From Sulfolobales archaeon (GTDB lineage Archaea > Thermoproteota > Thermoprotei_A > Sulfolobales > AG1): a stretch of DNA of 64,000 nt. Below the pieces are notes generated by a model. It was not told the DNA's origin. It was given only the letters and a program-made list of their open reading frames with translations, and searched no databases. Both the position numbers and the translations under genes were made by a program. Positions 9,825-23,068 of the stretch are shown piece after piece. Where the stretch lies: contig JAWBYA010000002.1 in assembly GCA_038867615.1 (NCBI GenBank), forward strand, positions 32,001 through 96,000, read 5' to 3'. Each line of letters starts with the position of its first letter. Position 1 is the stretch's first letter.

Positions 9825-10124
9825 ATGACGATCATAGTCAGGAAGGTAAGTTCAGAGAGCTTCGAGCTCAATGTAAGAGTCCCGAGAATAATATCGATAA
9901 AGCTAGAACAAGGAACACTGAGAATGCTTGATGACGCATGGAAAAAAGCAGGGTATAGAAGCAGAAGCGACTTCATAAGAGACGCGATAAAGATCTACAT
10001 GGAGCTCTTAGAAGAGATATCGAAGCGAGAAAACAACGCAGGTGGGATCGATAGAACCAAGGTTACGTCGCTCAGAGAAGAACTGCTCAGAATGGTACTG
10101 CAGAAGAATATTACTACAAAGTAG
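9825..10124 (+). CDS. Ribbon-helix-helix (CopG-like) DNA-binding protein
   Basis: IISIKL..LD....GYRSRSDFIRDAI RHH pattern; SD GGAGGGG before ATG 9825. Confidence 0.8.
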   Translation: MTIIVRKVSSESFELNVRVPRIISIKLEQGTLRMLDDAWKKAGYRSRSDFIRDAIKIYMELLEEISKRENNAGGIDRTKVTSLREELLRMVLQKNITTK

Positions 10125-10618
10125 AGGATCGAGTGTTTTTTTAATAGCAACCCTACCTTATAATAAAACCGCCACTAGTTAGAGCTATACATGTGCATCT
10201 AAATAGACAACGACAGATCTACCAATAATATTACCCTATCGATCCCTAGATATCTATTGATCTTCTCTCTTTGATATTCCTATATTATCTAGGAACCCCA
10301 GCCAGACCACAGAGATCCTTTACCCCTATGGGTTTTCATCTAACCAGGCAGCCTGGACACTATCTACTAAAAAGGCATTCCCCAGGAGACCACATCGAAA
10401 CTGAATCATAACAAAAAGTAATCGATCAAACCACGGATCTCCCATACATCAAAAGAAAACAGACGAGTTGTAAAAACTATATCCCTAAGGATTGTCAGAG
10501 CTTAGCCACATACAGACTATCCCTACCCAGATTCCAGGTAGCTCTTACAAAACCCAAGAGTCTCTCGATCCCTAGCATTATGTCCTCCACACCGACCCCT
10601 AGACTGCTAACAATAGCA

Positions 10619-10630
10619 TAAAAGCTTATA
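10619..10630 (+). promoter_or_regulatory. BRE-TATA of tRNA-Ala
   Basis: AAAAGC-TTATA about 29 nt upstream of tRNA position 1. Confidence 0.65.
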
Positions 10631-10658
10631 GCACCCAAATCTTTATTTCTACAATGGT

Positions 10659-10735
10659 GGGCCGGTAGCTCAGCCTGGAAGAGCGCTCGGTTGGCATCCG
10701 AGAGGACCCGGGTTCAAATCCCGGCCGGTCCACCA
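10659..10735 (+). tRNA. tRNA-Ala(GGC)
   Basis: Full cloverleaf: GGGCCGG/CCGGTCC acceptor with G3-U70, anticodon arm CTCGG-TT-GGC-AT-CCGAG, T loop TTCAAAT, encoded CCA. Confidence 0.98.
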
Positions 10736-10990
10736 ATAACCATACCGAGTTCGCTGCTAAGAGTATCTTTACATGTCTGCCTTGATCTCTTTAACACACA
10801 CCGACCAGACATAAAAACAAATAGACCAAAGCCCAAGGGCTTAGAATGAGACATAACCTCGTAGGGATAGAGAATCCTCTGCAGATTATTGTGTGTTTTA
10901 GATGCAGAAGGAGAGGATCAGAGATCTCTGGGATGGATTATACTCACTACTACTCTGTAATGCTAGCTACATTGTTTTATAGATCGTGGT

Positions 10991-11428
10991 CTATGTGATT
11001 ACTATATTATCTATATTGTAGTATCTCTTAAGGATAAGCTTAGCTTTATGAACGTTCCTACCTCCTCTGCCTATTGCTATACCCTTATCCTGTGGATGCA
11101 CACTAACATATAGTGTCACTTTCCCACTCGGAGTCTGCACCCTCTTGATCGAGGCTATTCTCGCTGGTGCGAATATATTTCTCACCAGCTGGTCGAAATC
11201 GTTTGAGTACTCAACTATCTCTATGTTCTTCTTAAGTATAGCCTTCACCTTCCTGATATTGCTCCCATTCTTACCGATAGCTAGGCCTGCCTCTCCCTCC
11301 TTTACTATGAATATCAATGTGTTGTTCTCCTCATCAACTATACAGTCCCTTATAGTGGCTCCTGTGAGGTCTTGAACCAGCGATATGTATCTCATCTCTT
11401 CGAGGCTTAGCCTTATCTCGGACGACAT
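10991..11428 (-). CDS. nusA: Transcription factor NusA (archaeal, two KH domains)
   Basis: AIGKNGSN and AIGRGGRN KH motifs; position after L30e. Confidence 0.95.
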   Translation of the reverse strand: MSSEIRLSLEEMRYISLVQDLTGATIRDCIVDEENNTLIFIVKEGEAGLAIGKNGSNIRKVKAILKKNIEIVEYSNDFDQLVRNIFAPARIASIKRVQTPSGKVTLYVSVHPQDKGIAIGRGGRNVHKAKLILKRYYNIDNIVIT

Positions 11429-11449
11429 GACCTCACCCTATCCCTCTAT

Positions 11450-11770
11450 CTATTTAATCGCCACCTCTTTTATCACATCCATACTAACACTCCCTGGATC
11501 TATAACACCGATCACAGTTACTGGGAACGGTTTCCCTATCAGACCGCCCAGATCCATGCTTGAACCCTTAAACATGATCACAGGAACACCCCCGAGCCTG
11601 GCGTAGTAGAGCGTATCTGAGACAATATTCCTTGGAGACCCCTCAGCCAGTATAACTGCCTTCAGCCTCCCCGTCTTGAGCAGCCTCGATGATACCCTGA
11701 AACCTATGGTTATCTTTCCACCCCTAACTATGTTCTTTATAATACTATCCACAGAGGCGCTCTGGGACAT
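11450..11770 (-). CDS. rpl30e: 50S ribosomal protein L30e
   Basis: L7Ae/L30e fold, DLGGLIGKPF..VIDPG; canonical operon position. Confidence 0.93.
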   Translation of the reverse strand: MSQSASVDSIIKNIVRGGKITIGFRVSSRLLKTGRLKAVILAEGSPRNIVSDTLYYARLGGVPVIMFKGSSMDLGGLIGKPFPVTVIGVIDPGSVSMDVIKEVAIK

Positions 11771-11773
11771 TTA

Positions 11774-15636
<3,863 letters not shown>

Positions 15637-18600
15637 CTAGCCCCACCCCCACTTCTCCCTAAACACCTCAACCTTCTCTTTAACAATTAGTCTCGGCATT
15701 ATAAGCATGGCCATGAGCTCTTGCATCAAGAGCTTGAACGAGTATGCCACATTAACAGGAACAACCTTTGACTTATCACCATGTATTGGGCAGACAGGTT
15801 TCTTGCTATTCCTGTCAAACCAGCCTATATGTCCGCACTCTGTGCAGACATAGATTGTAGTCTTATCACTAGCATCAAGTAGCTTCTCCTTGAGCAGCAT
15901 GGCGGCACCGTGCCCAACCAGGCTATCCCTCTCCATCTCTCCAAACCTCAGTCCTCCCTCTCTAGCTCTCCCCTCTGTTGGCTGTCTAGTGAGGATCTGG
16001 ATCTGACCCCTAGCCCTGGCATGGATCTTGTTAGCAACCATGTGGTGAAGCTTCTGGTAGAAAACAATCCCTATAAATATAGGGCTCCCAATAAGCTCTC
16101 CAGTCCTGCCATCATACATAGGCTCTGTCCCGTCGAGGGGATATCCTAGGAATAATAGCTCCTGCTTAAGCGAATCAATATCCTCACCATAGAAGGACGT
16201 GGCATCCACAGGCCTACCCCTGAGAGCAGCAACCTTACCCGCTATGCTCTCCATAAGCTGCCCAAGAGTCATTCTCGAGGGCAGTGCGTGTGGGTTTATA
16301 ATGAGATCGGGCGTTATACCCTCGCTAGTAAACGGCATATCGCTCTGGGGTATGAGCATCCCAGCAACACCTTTCTGACCATGCCTCGATGCAAACTTAT
16401 CCCCTATCTCAACTATACCTAGATCCCTCACCCTCACCTTAATAAGCCTATGACCCTCGGAGGTTGTTGTCATAATAACCATATCAACGGTACCTTTCTC
16501 ACCATGCCTCACACCAACAGAGGAGTCCTTCCTCTTAGCCGCTATAACGCCGAACTCCCTCATCTCCTCCATGAACCTGGAGGGGGAGGTTTTTCCAACA
16601 AGGATCTCGCCACCCTCCACCGGGACCTCGACCCCTATTATACCCTCGCTATTAAGCTTGGAGTAGAACTGCCTACCTCTGTAACCATGGACGCTTGGAT
16701 CAGGGATCTCGATCCTGTCCTCCTCGCCTCCAGGGTATTTCCTCTCCTCTATGGTGTAGAGCCTGAAGAAAGTAGATCTAGCAAGCCCTCTCTCAACGCT
16801 TGATTTGTTAAGTATAACAGCATCCTCCATGTTATACCCAGTATAGCTCATAACAGCAACAACCATGTTATGCCCAGCAGGCTTGCTGTTATAACCGATC
16901 ACGTCTAGGAACTTTGTCTGCACCAAGGGCTTCTCTGGGTAGTGGAGGAGATAGGATCTAGTATCAGTCCTTATCTGATAGTTAGAGGCATAGATCCCCA
17001 GCGCCTGCTTAACCATAGCAGACTGGTAAGTATTCCTTGGGCTCTGGTTATGCTCAGCATACGGTATCGTCGCGGCAGCTATACCAACAATCGCAGGCGG
17101 GTAGATCTCCATGTGGGTGTGCTCCTTAGTAATCTCTCCCGGCTCGAGCGCTATATAGGCGTTCTCCTCCTCCTCAGGGTCTAGGTACTCGACAACACCC
17201 ATCCTCACAAGATCCTCAAACCCTATCTCGCCCCTCCTAAGCGCTTCTGCATGGCGGCTTGTGAAAACAAGCTCTCCATCTTTAACAACAAACACGGGTC
17301 TCAGGAACCTTCCTGGATCTGTGTTTATATATATCTCATCAATATATTGCGTCTTTATATGGGCTATACTGACCTCGTAATGAAGCTTCCCAGATCTCCT
17401 CATATTTCTAAGGAGCTCAACCAGCTTCTCACCATTTCTACAGAAGCCTATCGGTCTCCCGTTGAGCAGAACCCTTGTTCCCTTGATCACATCAGCATCC
17501 TTACCCCTTCTCAGATCGTTGAACACCTTCTCTATCTTCTCGATCCTGATCTCGGGATCGTCTATCTCCTCAAGGATCTCGAAGACGGAGTTCTCATCAA
17601 CACCCACAGATATATATGCTGTTAGAGCCATGTTCTTCACAAGCCCACAGTTGGGGCCCTCAGGAGTCTCGAATATACATATCCTGCCCCACTGGGTTCC
17701 ATGAAGATCTCTCGCCTCGAAGTTAGGCTGGCTCCTACTGAGGGGTGAGATAACCCTCCTTAGATGGCTATGCATAGAGATCCAGTTGGTTCTATCGAGT
17801 ATCTGGCTAACCCCAACCCTATTACCAGCCCAGTTACCAGTAGCCATTGCATGCCTTATCCTCTCAGTTATTATATCAGACCTCACCAGAGCACCTATCT
17901 GCGTAACCTTCCTGGTCCTCGCCCTTGCCTTCTCGAGTTGGTATCTAAAGTCCTTTAGAAAAGCCCTATACGCTACCCTGAACTGGACTGCCAGGAGATC
18001 CCCGGCTAGCTTTAACCTCTTATTCTTATAGTGATCCTTATCATCGGGAGGCCTTCTACCAAGCATGAACTCCAACAACTTCTGAGCCATATAGCCCAGG
18101 AAAAGGGCTTTCTTAATCCTATCCTCCCTATTAACTCCGAGGTGGGGTAAGAAATATCTGTCAATGATCTGCTCAGCCCTCTCGATCCTAACCTCTCTAG
18201 GCTGTCCAACAGCAACCCTGTTTCCTATGAATTCGAGAGCGTCTGTCGATGTCTTTATCTCTGTGCTCTGTAAGAGAGAGGGTATTAGCTCTTTCTGCAC
18301 ATCCTGGTCGTGGGAGACGGCGAGGGCTATCTCTAAATCGCTTTCAAGCCCGAGGGCTCTCATCATAACTACAAACGGGATCTTGCCAGTAACTGCGGGG
18401 AATGATACGTGGAGGGTTCCGTCCTTATGCCTATCAAGTATTATAGGAACCCTATAGCCTGTTGTTGCAGAGACAACCTTAGCCATATGGGTGACATTGA
18501 GGCCTTCCTTAGCATAGTCAACAATAACCCTATTTGGTGCGAGATCCTCTTGGGCAACGAGGATCCTCTCGCTACCGTTTATTATGAAATAACCACCAGG

Positions 18601-19062
18601 ATCCTTCGGATCCTCGCCAACCTCTCTCAAAGTCTTTTCATCCATGGATGACGTGGGATCCTTGATACTCCTAACCATAACAGGGATCTCGCAGAGGAGT
18701 ATAGGCTCTTGGGAGGACGTCTTTATACCATCCTCGACAAGCACTATGTTAACATAAACAGGGGCGGCATATGTCAGATTCCTCACCCTGCACTCGAGAG
18801 GCGTTATGGTTGTGTTCACACTACCATCGAACTCCCTAACCTGTGGGTTGCCTATAATAACGTTTGTTATCATGGCATAGAAGTTAGGCGACGTGGTCTG
18901 GACTATCGATTCCTCTTCTATTATCTGTCTAAGCCTCTTGGTTATAAAATCGTTATAGCTGTTTATATGCTGCTTTACAAGCCCCTTCTCCTTAATAAAG
19001 CTCTCTATAACCAGCCACCTATCGTCGTGAGATAAGAGGCTTTTCTGCTTATCCCTACCCAT
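15637..19062 (-). CDS. rpo2: RNA polymerase subunit Rpo2 (B), unsplit
   Basis: GDKFASRHGQKG, ETPEGPNCGL, GGLRFGEMERD, C-terminal zinc site; start set at MGRDK after the rpoH stop. Confidence 0.99.
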   Translation of the reverse strand: MGRDKQKSLLSHDDRWLVIESFIKEKGLVKQHINSYNDFITKRLRQIIEEESIVQTTSPNFYAMITNVIIGNPQVREFDGSVNTTITPLECRVRNLTYAAPVYVNIVLVEDGIKTSSQEPILLCEIPVMVRSIKDPTSSMDEKTLREVGEDPKDPGGYFIINGSERILVAQEDLAPNRVIVDYAKEGLNVTHMAKVVSATTGYRVPIILDRHKDGTLHVSFPAVTGKIPFVVMMRALGLESDLEIALAVSHDQDVQKELIPSLLQSTEIKTSTDALEFIGNRVAVGQPREVRIERAEQIIDRYFLPHLGVNREDRIKKALFLGYMAQKLLEFMLGRRPPDDKDHYKNKRLKLAGDLLAVQFRVAYRAFLKDFRYQLEKARARTRKVTQIGALVRSDIITERIRHAMATGNWAGNRVGVSQILDRTNWISMHSHLRRVISPLSRSQPNFEARDLHGTQWGRICIFETPEGPNCGLVKNMALTAYISVGVDENSVFEILEEIDDPEIRIEKIEKVFNDLRRGKDADVIKGTRVLLNGRPIGFCRNGEKLVELLRNMRRSGKLHYEVSIAHIKTQYIDEIYINTDPGRFLRPVFVVKDGELVFTSRHAEALRRGEIGFEDLVRMGVVEYLDPEEEENAYIALEPGEITKEHTHMEIYPPAIVGIAAATIPYAEHNQSPRNTYQSAMVKQALGIYASNYQIRTDTRSYLLHYPEKPLVQTKFLDVIGYNSKPAGHNMVVAVMSYTGYNMEDAVILNKSSVERGLARSTFFRLYTIEERKYPGGEEDRIEIPDPSVHGYRGRQFYSKLNSEGIIGVEVPVEGGEILVGKTSPSRFMEEMREFGVIAAKRKDSSVGVRHGEKGTVDMVIMTTTSEGHRLIKVRVRDLGIVEIGDKFASRHGQKGVAGMLIPQSDMPFTSEGITPDLIINPHALPSRMTLGQLMESIAGKVAALRGRPVDATSFYGEDIDSLKQELLFLGYPLDGTEPMYDGRTGELIGSPIFIGIVFYQKLHHMVANKIHARARGQIQILTRQPTEGRAREGGLRFGEMERDSLVGHGAAMLLKEKLLDASDKTTIYVCTECGHIGWFDRNSKKPVCPIHGDKSKVVPVNVAYSFKLLMQELMAMLIMPRLIVKEKVEVFREKWGWG

Positions 19063-19066
19063 AGGA

Positions 19067-19312
19067 TCACCCCGCAACAACATATCTATAAACCACAATC
19101 TCTCCCGCAGTCTCGCTCTTCCTAATGATCCTCACGATATCGCCCGGCTTAGCACCGATAGCCCTAGCAGCAGGATCGCTAGCCTTTATCCATGGAAGCT
19201 GCTCGGGCCTTACCCCAAGCTCTTTCAAGATCTTCACAGCCTCCTCTATGGGAACCACCTCATGCTTTGGAACAAGCTCGTGTTTAAAGATATTGAATCT
19301 CTTCTCCGACAT
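19067..19312 (-). CDS. rpo5: RNA polymerase subunit Rpo5 (H)
   Basis: HELVPKH..QLPWI..DP..GD..RKSETAG..YRYV; true start MSEK at 19312. Confidence 0.97.
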   Translation of the reverse strand: MSEKRFNIFKHELVPKHEVVPIEEAVKILKELGVRPEQLPWIKASDPAARAIGAKPGDIVRIIRKSETAGEIVVYRYVVAG

Positions 19313-19356
19313 GAAGGAGCAACCACCACTCTTCTCTGTATATATACATATCCTCA

Positions 19357-19375
19357 GAAGAGTTATAAGCTTTCC
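19357..19375. promoter_or_regulatory. Palindromic TATA between the divergent rpo operon and tRNA-Lys
   Basis: TTATAA 19363-19368 with purine-rich BRE-like flanks on both strands. Confidence 0.55.
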
Positions 19376-19395
19376 ATATACAAAGTAATATAGAT

Positions 19396-19491
19396 GGGCC
19401 CGTAGCTCAGCCCGGTAGAGCGGCGGGCTTTTAACCCGTAGACCAGACCGCTGGGCGGAAGTCCCGGGTTCAAATCCCGGCGGGCCCGCCA
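19396..19491 (+). tRNA. tRNA-Lys(TTT) with a 19-nt non-canonical intron at 45/46
   Basis: GGGCCCG/CGGGCCC acceptor, GCGGG-CT-TTT-AA-CCCGT anticodon arm, TTCAAAT T loop, encoded CCA; extra 19 nt in the variable loop. Confidence 0.96.
19442..19460 (+). other. tRNA intron (bulge-helix-bulge) at position 45/46
   Basis: Central helix CCGU/GCGG, bulges AG^A and AA^G, intron hairpin CCAG-ACCG-CUGG; removal restores the A44-G-G-U-C48 variable loop. Confidence 0.92.
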
Positions 19492-19588
19492 CATCTACTA
19501 AAGGCTCCTAATAGCCAAAGATCATAGCAATCGAGCTCTAAATAGAACCTTCTAGGGATATCTATCTGGGGGACAGCTTCTGAGGGTA

Positions 19589-20476
19589 ATGATAGTGGGG
19601 CTAGTGCCCCACGAGTCTGGGAAAACAACGATCGCAAAAGCTCTTGTGGGGGAGCTTGTTTCCAGGGGATATAGGGTTGGTGTTGCTAAACCAGTCGCTG
19701 GGCACAATATATGGTACCAGAGGCTCTCGGTGAAGAATAGCTATGAGCACAGGATCCTCGTTGGCGAGGATGCTGTCGAGCTCAAAAGAGTATCAGGCTC
19801 TGAGGATCCTCTGGAGGTTATAAACCCCCTCGACATAGCTGCAGCACCGCAGGATCCAGAGCCATATCTAAAGAACCTGAGAAGCTATCACGAAACCCTA
19901 TCATCGATACTGCTCTCTGCGGTAATGCTTCGGGTAAGCATATGTGAAGGTAAAAATATATATACATACCACTATATAGTTGAGAAAAGAGCCGAGAGAT
20001 CCCCGAAATCTATTAAGGATCTAGTATTATCGATAGCAGAAAGGATCTATCCGAAACCAACCCCCATAGATCCTGAGGCGCTTGAGAACCTAGTATTGGC
20101 AGGATATGCAACTGCAGAGCTCTGCTATAGATATTTATCTGAAAAACACCAAACCCTCGTACTAGAGAGCTTCAATGACGCTGCATCACCCGTAACAGAC
20201 CCCGGAACCACGGATCTAGTGCTAGCAGTATCCCCTGGAAAGCTATTCATATACAATGGCTCTGTATATAGAAAAGCCCTCAACGTCGTACTAGGGATCG
20301 AAGGCAGCATCCATAGAAAATGGTGGCCATCCACAAGCGAGATCCTGAGGCTCATCAGCCCAATATCGTCTATGGATATACCCTTCCTAGAAGATATAGC
20401 TAGCTTCGCCTCATTCGCAGAAACCCTTGTCGACAATATAGAGAGTCTTATTAAAGAATCGTCCCTTTCTCGATAA
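19589..20476 (+). CDS. Predicted P-loop ATPase/GTPase (COG4028-like)
   Basis: GLVPHESGKTT, KPVAGHNIWY, INP and ESFND motifs. Confidence 0.75.
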   Translation: MIVGLVPHESGKTTIAKALVGELVSRGYRVGVAKPVAGHNIWYQRLSVKNSYEHRILVGEDAVELKRVSGSEDPLEVINPLDIAAAPQDPEPYLKNLRSYHETLSSILLSAVMLRVSICEGKNIYTYHYIVEKRAERSPKSIKDLVLSIAERIYPKPTPIDPEALENLVLAGYATAELCYRYLSEKHQTLVLESFNDAASPVTDPGTTDLVLAVSPGKLFIYNGSVYRKALNVVLGIEGSIHRKWWPSTSEILRLISPISSMDIPFLEDIASFASFAETLVDNIESLIKESSLSR

Positions 20477-20629
20477 CCCCTAGGAATCGCCTGATAGCGA
20501 TGGGACAACTCTCCAAGCCTTCTAGAAGCTATCTCCTATCCTACATAGAAGGTGCAGGAGCTCTAGATATGAATGAATACCAAAACACCAAAGAACACAA
20601 GCGGGTAAGCTGTGGGCTGTGGTGAATAT

Positions 20630-21331
20630 CTAGCTAGTAAGGATCTTCCACTTCTTCTCAGTAGCGTCAAACACTATTAAAGCCGAGTCTTTTAACCTTT
20701 CAAACAACTCCAGCTCCTTCCTATCCCTTAGCACAGATCTTATAGCCTCTCCTGTATCGCTCCTTATCCTTGAGACTTTCTCGCTAAACTCGTTCCAGAA
20801 ATCGCTATCTACAGCTATTCTCTCCCTATCGGTGGCGATGATCACTGCTCCCTCATTTTCAAGCCTCTGGAAGAACTTATCCCTATCCTTAATCTTACCC
20901 ACTATGGATGATTCGTAGAATACCTTCTGCTGCTTTAGTATCTCTATAGCCGTAGCCTTCCTCTGCTCCCGCCTCCTCTGAATAGCCTGACCTCTCTCCT
21001 CCCTAACCTCTTGAGTCCTTCCCTCGAGATCATCTATCCTGGATTTTATATCCTCCATCTCCTCCACGAGTGATGCGACTCTCGATGCTACCTCCTCTAT
21101 CTTCGAGGTATAAGCATTGATCACGTCTGAAAGCTTCCTCTCAGCCCTTGAAACGTGCTTGGCAACAAGATCCTCAACGTATTTACCAAGATCCAGCGTT
21201 TGTGGAGTAGATATGGATGATAATATTAGGTGTAACAAATACTCTCCAGGATCCTTGTAACCAGCCTTAGCAGCCCTCTCAAGAAGCTCCCTATATATAT
21301 TATCAGGTATGTTGATTATGATCTCAGGCAT
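20630..21331 (-). CDS. Hypothetical protein, N-terminal RHH-like domain plus coiled coil
   Basis: MPEIIINIPDNIYRELLERA..GY (RHH-like) followed by a heptad-rich central region; start moved to 21331. Confidence 0.65.
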   Translation of the reverse strand: MPEIIINIPDNIYRELLERAAKAGYKDPGEYLLHLILSSISTPQTLDLGKYVEDLVAKHVSRAERKLSDVINAYTSKIEEVASRVASLVEEMEDIKSRIDDLEGRTQEVREERGQAIQRRREQRKATAIEILKQQKVFYESSIVGKIKDRDKFFQRLENEGAVIIATDRERIAVDSDFWNEFSEKVSRIRSDTGEAIRSVLRDRKELELFERLKDSALIVFDATEKKWKILTS

Positions 21332-21465
21332 CAGTGTCCCAGTATAAAATGCGTTAAGTAGAATAAAACACACACCCAACCGATCAAAAAGATCTTTGAA
21401 AACGGATCAATCATCAAGACACGGCTCCCACAAAATACCTGGCTTATAACCAGGGTAGGACGGTC

Positions 21466-21798
21466 TCAACATACTTTAGAACCAGGGTCTGGCTGTCCAT
21501 CTACTGTAAGTACATAGGGCTTTTCGTCTCTTCCACACCCTGCCGCAAGGATCATGCCCTCGCTCACATACCCCCTTATAGTCTTCGGCTTCAGGTTAGC
21601 TACAACTATAACCCTCGAGCCAACGAGCTTCTCAGGCTCGTACCACTTTCCTATCCCAGCCACTATTTGCCTCTCACCAAGCCCCCCTAGATCTACTACT
21701 AGTCTTAGGAGACCTGTACCCTCTATTCTAGACGCGCTTTTCACAACCCCAACTCTGAGATCTATTCTTGAGAACTCGTCTATAGTGATCTCTCCCAC
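21466..21798 (-). CDS. OB-fold tRNA-binding protein (MetRS C-terminal/Trbp111/CsaA-like)
   Basis: IDEFSRIDLRVG, RQIVAGI, NLKP..GYVSEGMIL motifs; GTG start behind SD GAGGTGG. Confidence 0.92.
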   Translation of the reverse strand: MGEITIDEFSRIDLRVGVVKSASRIEGTGLLRLVVDLGGLGERQIVAGIGKWYEPEKLVGSRVIVVANLKPKTIRGYVSEGMILAAGCGRDEKPYVLTVDGQPDPGSKVC

Positions 21799-21823
21799 GA
21801 GAACCACCTCTAGCGAGAGCCGC

Positions 21824-22513
21824 CTAGATGGTTGTGCTCTCACCAGGTTTCAGGATTCTGACGCCCACCTGTAGCCCTTTACTCCCGATGAGGTTTAGAA
21901 GCTCCTTAGGATCAGCCCTTATCAGTGGGAACGTGTTATAATGCATAGGTATCACCACAGCTGGCTTGAGAAGCTCTATAGCTTTAACAGCCTCCCTAAT
22001 ACCCATTGTGAAGTGCCCGCCTATGGGGAGCATGGCTACCTTGGGGCTATAAAGCTCTTTTATAAGTGCCATATCGCTAAATACTCCCGTATCGCCTGCA
22101 TGATAGATCGTGGTCTCGCTGCTTTCTATCACAACACCTGTCGGTGAACCTCTAGAGGAACTATGCATAGCTGGTGTGAGATATACTGTGACACCCTCTA
22201 GGGATATGGGGCCTCCTATGTTTGCACCAATAGCCCTATCCCTGGCTCCTGCTTCTGAAGCTAGGTACTCGGCTAACTCGTATATAGCAACGATCTTTGC
22301 CTTCTTGCTCCTCTTAAGTATATTAACAGTATCTCCAACATGGTCTCCGTGATCGTGTGTAACTATTATATAGTCAGGCTCAGGGATCTTGTCAGGCGTT
22401 GTGGGGGAGAGGGGGTTGGTGATCCATGGGTCTATCAAGATCTTCTTCCCAGAGGTCTCTACCAGAAATGCAGCATGCCCATACCAAGTTACACTCGCCA
22501 AACCGCCCACCAT
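21824..22513 (-). CDS. Metallo-beta-lactamase-fold hydrolase (UPF0173 type)
   Basis: WYGHA, THDHGDH, HAGDT, LPIGG and PMHY motifs. Confidence 0.9.
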   Translation of the reverse strand: MVGGLASVTWYGHAAFLVETSGKKILIDPWITNPLSPTTPDKIPEPDYIIVTHDHGDHVGDTVNILKRSKKAKIVAIYELAEYLASEAGARDRAIGANIGGPISLEGVTVYLTPAMHSSSRGSPTGVVIESSETTIYHAGDTGVFSDMALIKELYSPKVAMLPIGGHFTMGIREAVKAIELLKPAVVIPMHYNTFPLIRADPKELLNLIGSKGLQVGVRILKPGESTTI

Positions 22514-22668
22514 CTTCTATTCGATACAAGCTGATAAAAGCATGACTAGAAACGTATTGAGATATAGACACACAGATGGAGAACGATGTTAACCAAACAT
22601 CTTCATCTCAGAGAAGTAATGGAGATGGATCTAAACAGCCATCGAGTAAAGATCTTTTAGTACTACTG

Positions 22669-23001
22669 CTAACCCTGTTTAAGCTCGAGTCTATGTATAT
22701 TCCAGCATAGGAGGCACGTAACGATCCTGAGCTTTCTAGAACCCTTCCTCCTAAGCCTAACCATAGCTGTTAACCCTGGTATAAGGGGGGCTCTACACTT
22801 CTTACAAAACCCCCTCTTAATCTCCTTTGGAAGCCTTACCGAGTTCCTCATAGAGAGCCTAAAGATCATGCTGCTAGCTACAAGGGCTAGCTCTACATCA
22901 CCTCTCCTTATAGCCTCGTGGGAGAGGTCTCTGAGGATGTGGATCCTCTGGATCACGAGATCCCTAAGGATCCTCTTACTCCTTGTAAAGCCCAAGCACA
23001 A
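22669..23001 (-). CDS. rnp4: Ribonuclease P protein component 4 (Rpp21)
   Basis: KRGFCKKC..LIPG..VTCLLC zinc ribbon. Confidence 0.88.
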   Translation of the reverse strand: MCLGFTRSKRILRDLVIQRIHILRDLSHEAIRRGDVELALVASSMIFRLSMRNSVRLPKEIKRGFCKKCRAPLIPGLTAMVRLRRKGSRKLRIVTCLLCWNIHRLELKQG

Positions 23002-23068
23002 CCCCTATTTAGATAAAATATAAGGTGAATATTCTATATATCTCGGAAACCGTTGGAGGTGGCACCAA

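Noticed and set aside
10125-10620. About 500-nt intergenic region before tRNA-Ala as a pseudogene or mobile remnant
   Set aside because: No repeats, terminal inverted repeats, tRNA fragment or recognisable coding remnant seen.
19313-19492. 60-aa N-terminal extension of Rpo5 in the ORF track
   Set aside because: It is the antisense reading of tRNA-Lys and the promoter; Rpo5 homology starts at MSEK (19312).
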